From assembly GCA_963709585.1 (NCBI GenBank), contig CAVPXI010000007.1, positions 256,001-320,000 on the forward strand: 64,000 nt of DNA. Direction: 5' to 3'. Origin of the DNA: Candidatus Dormiibacterota bacterium (GTDB lineage: Bacteria > Chloroflexota > Dormibacteria > Aeolococcales > Aeolococcaceae). Below the pieces are notes generated by a model. The model saw only the letters and a program-made list of their open reading frames with translations, was not told where the DNA came from and searched no databases. The translations under genes were made by a program, and so were the position numbers. This document shows positions 62,118-64,000 of this stretch, piece by piece; position 1 is the first letter of the stretch, and each line of letters opens with the position of its first letter.

Positions 62118-62690
62118 TCGAAGCGACTGGCTTCGCAAGTGCCTGCCAAGCCTTCCGAGAGTACCACTTGCCAGCTTGGGATAATCGTCTCGATAGTGAG
62201 TGCCGACGGGTCAGGCCCTATCGTCTCTCGACCGCGTTCGCGTTCTAAATCAAGGCTCCGATCCTCGCGATTCTGCATTCGAGAACATGGAACTCTCTTC
62301 CCTCGCTCATCACCATCGCCTAGCGCGGTGACTCGAAACGGCTCAGCTTCTACCCCGTTCTGGACTCTAATCGTGGCTCATTCCTCGAGCCGGTGATACT
62401 CGGAGCATGGATGCCCTCGGATCTCAGTGCTGTGGGCTACTGAACCTCTGGTACTTCGGCGGAATCCGACGCAGTGCTCGGCAGGAAGTGGTTCTTGACA
62501 ACTCCGGCCCCGACGTCCTCTGCCTCCCCGAGGTCGATCCCAAGATATCGAGCGCTTCACCGAGGCTTCAGGTTTCTCCTGGTCGCGATGCAGCTTCGGC
62601 GCCAATCTCTCGGGCAGGTCGTTGGCTGTCGCGATCCTTGGGAGCTCACGCCTGACTCCACGAGCTGCGGCCAGCCCTCCGCAGGACGCC

Positions 62691-62830
62691 CGCCACACTA
62701 CGGCGACGTTCGTGCTCGGCTAGGGCGTGCATCCGAAACTCGTCTAAGAAGTGCTTTGGACACGCCACCGTGGCGACTACCCTCGACGTATAGCCGCGCC
62801 ACGCCGGCCATGCACCGCGAGGCCGGCGAG
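62691..62830 (+). pseudogene. tyrosine integrase C-terminal catalytic fragment
   Basis: Manual translation: RHTTATFVLG*GVHPKLV*EVL/GHATVATTLDV/YSRATPAMHREA, i.e. RH..LGH..Y motifs with two stops and two frameshifts. Confidence 0.8.
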
Positions 62831-62889
62831 CACCCGCGACACGATGCTCCGCAAGGTGCCTGGATGACCCTGGATCGCCGAGACGAGAG

Positions 62890-63219
62890 GTGATCCTCTA
62901 TCACGCGACGGCGTCGGATGAGACGCTCACCAGCATCCTCAAGGATGGTTTCGCGGACCACGCGAGCCGATACATGGCCGCCGAGATACACGAAGGGGTT
63001 TGGCTCTCGGACCGACGTCTTTCCGCTGGAGAAGGTGGTCTTTCCGGGCACGAGGCTTTGCTGCGCGTCGAGATTCCCGAGGACGTGATCCGGCAGTACG
63101 AGTGGGTGAACGATCCCTGGGTGGGGTACAGGGAGTGGCTCGTGCCCGCGACGATCGTCAACCGATACCCACGAGAGTATGTCGACGAGTCGTTCGACAA
63201 GTCACATGAGCAAATCTGA
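62890..63219 (+). CDS. small ADP-ribosyltransferase-fold-like hypothetical protein
   Basis: LYHAT...ILKDGF...GVWLS...YREW pattern; GAGAG SD-like upstream. Confidence 0.55.
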   Translation: MILYHATASDETLTSILKDGFADHASRYMAAEIHEGVWLSDRRLSAGEGGLSGHEALLRVEIPEDVIRQYEWVNDPWVGYREWLVPATIVNRYPREYVDESFDKSHEQI

Positions 63220-63228
63220 CCCCTTAGG

Positions 63229-64000
63229 TCACGCCGCCCCTCGTCGGGTCGACGACGGGCACGCGCGCCAATAGGCGCACCCCCAACAGGGCGCCTCAGG
63301 CGGCGCCGCTCGCTCCGCACTCACCAAAGTCGTTAGCAGCTCTTCAACTCCGACCCAGCTATCGTCACCACCGCGATGCACCGCGCCGGTCCGCATCTCC
63401 ATAAGCATCGCCCCCGCGTCGAGACCCAACGCTTCCCGTGTCGCACGCTTGTAGATGGCGAGCTGACGTCCGTACACGGTCAGCGCCTCGGCGCCAAGCG
63501 AGCGGTTTGTTTTGTAGTCGACGACCCAGGCCCGACCTTCGGCGTCGTTGCACAAACGATCGATGAATCCGCGCACCAAAACGGGCCGACCGCCCACATC
63601 GACCGCGAGGTTGACCTCTTGCTCCGTTGCGATGGTCCGCATTCCCGCGACCTCAGTACCGAGGTAGCGCTCGAGCATTCGCTCTGCAGTCGCAGACCAC
63701 ACGGTTACGGCACGCTCGGCTCCGACACTCAGGGTCGCGAGCTCGTTCCAAAGTTCGCACAGGCGCGGGAGGCCGCCAATACCATCTTCGGGCCCGGGCT
63801 GGCGGAACCGTTCGAGGACAGCATGCACGAGGGTACCGAGATCAGCCGCACCGATTGAACTCGCGATCGCAGGCTCGCTCTTGGGCGAGAGGTCATCCGG
63901 AGGCGCCGGCAGGCGCCATTCGAACATATATCTGTAGCGCAATCCGCACTGCGCAAGGACTTCGAGTTGGGAGAAGGACACTACCAACCGTTCCGTCGGT
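63229..64000 (-). CDS. PD-(D/E)XK RecB-family nuclease domain (3' end of probable AddA/UvrD-type helicase-nuclease; runs off window edge)
   Basis: SFSQL..C..RY, GTLVHAVLE, E, GFIDRL, VVDYKT, QLAIY, C..C..C Fe-S-like staple. Confidence 0.85.
   Translation of the reverse strand, partial: PTERLVVSFSQLEVLAQCGLRYRYMFEWRLPAPPDDLSPKSEPAIASSIGAADLGTLVHAVLERFRQPGPEDGIGGLPRLCELWNELATLSVGAERAVTVWSATAERMLERYLGTEVAGMRTIATEQEVNLAVDVGGRPVLVRGFIDRLCNDAEGRAWVVDYKTNRSLGAEALTVYGRQLAIYKRATREALGLDAGAMLMEMRTGAVHRGGDDSWVGVEELLTTLVSAERAAPPEAPCWGCAYWRACPSSTRRGAA

Overview
High-GC bacterial genomic DNA. The style suggests a soil Terrabacterium such as Actinomycetota, Chloroflexota or Dormibacterota (inference only). 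1-7.2 kb is an intact sugar-catabolic operon: class II FBP aldolase, TPP-dependent E1 alpha/beta, a lipoyl-only E2-like carrier, aldolase/SDR, a SorC regulator and a PfkB kinase. 7.3-43 kb is a patchwork accessory region. It holds a LigD polymerase domain, an IS110 element with a readable bridge-RNA-like non-coding end, an IS256, two tRNA 3' fragments, integrase relics, a large kinase-cyclase-ATPase-TPR protein with an FHA partner, a solute-binding protein/histidine kinase/response regulator/beta-propeller locus, an unannotated His/Trp-repeat peptide upstream of an MFS gene, and many single-base frameshifts. 43.7-56.8 kb is a second intact sugar uptake and catabolism cluster. 57-64 kb is island-like. 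It contains an AT-rich cassette in which an uncharacterised helical protein is transcribed divergently from a strongly promoted tRNA-like gene with a tRNA-Leu body but a Gly (GCC) anticodon; this is the best candidate for an undescribed system. A dead integrase, a small ART-like protein and the end of a RecB/AddA-like nuclease gene follow. No CRISPR array or rRNA was seen.
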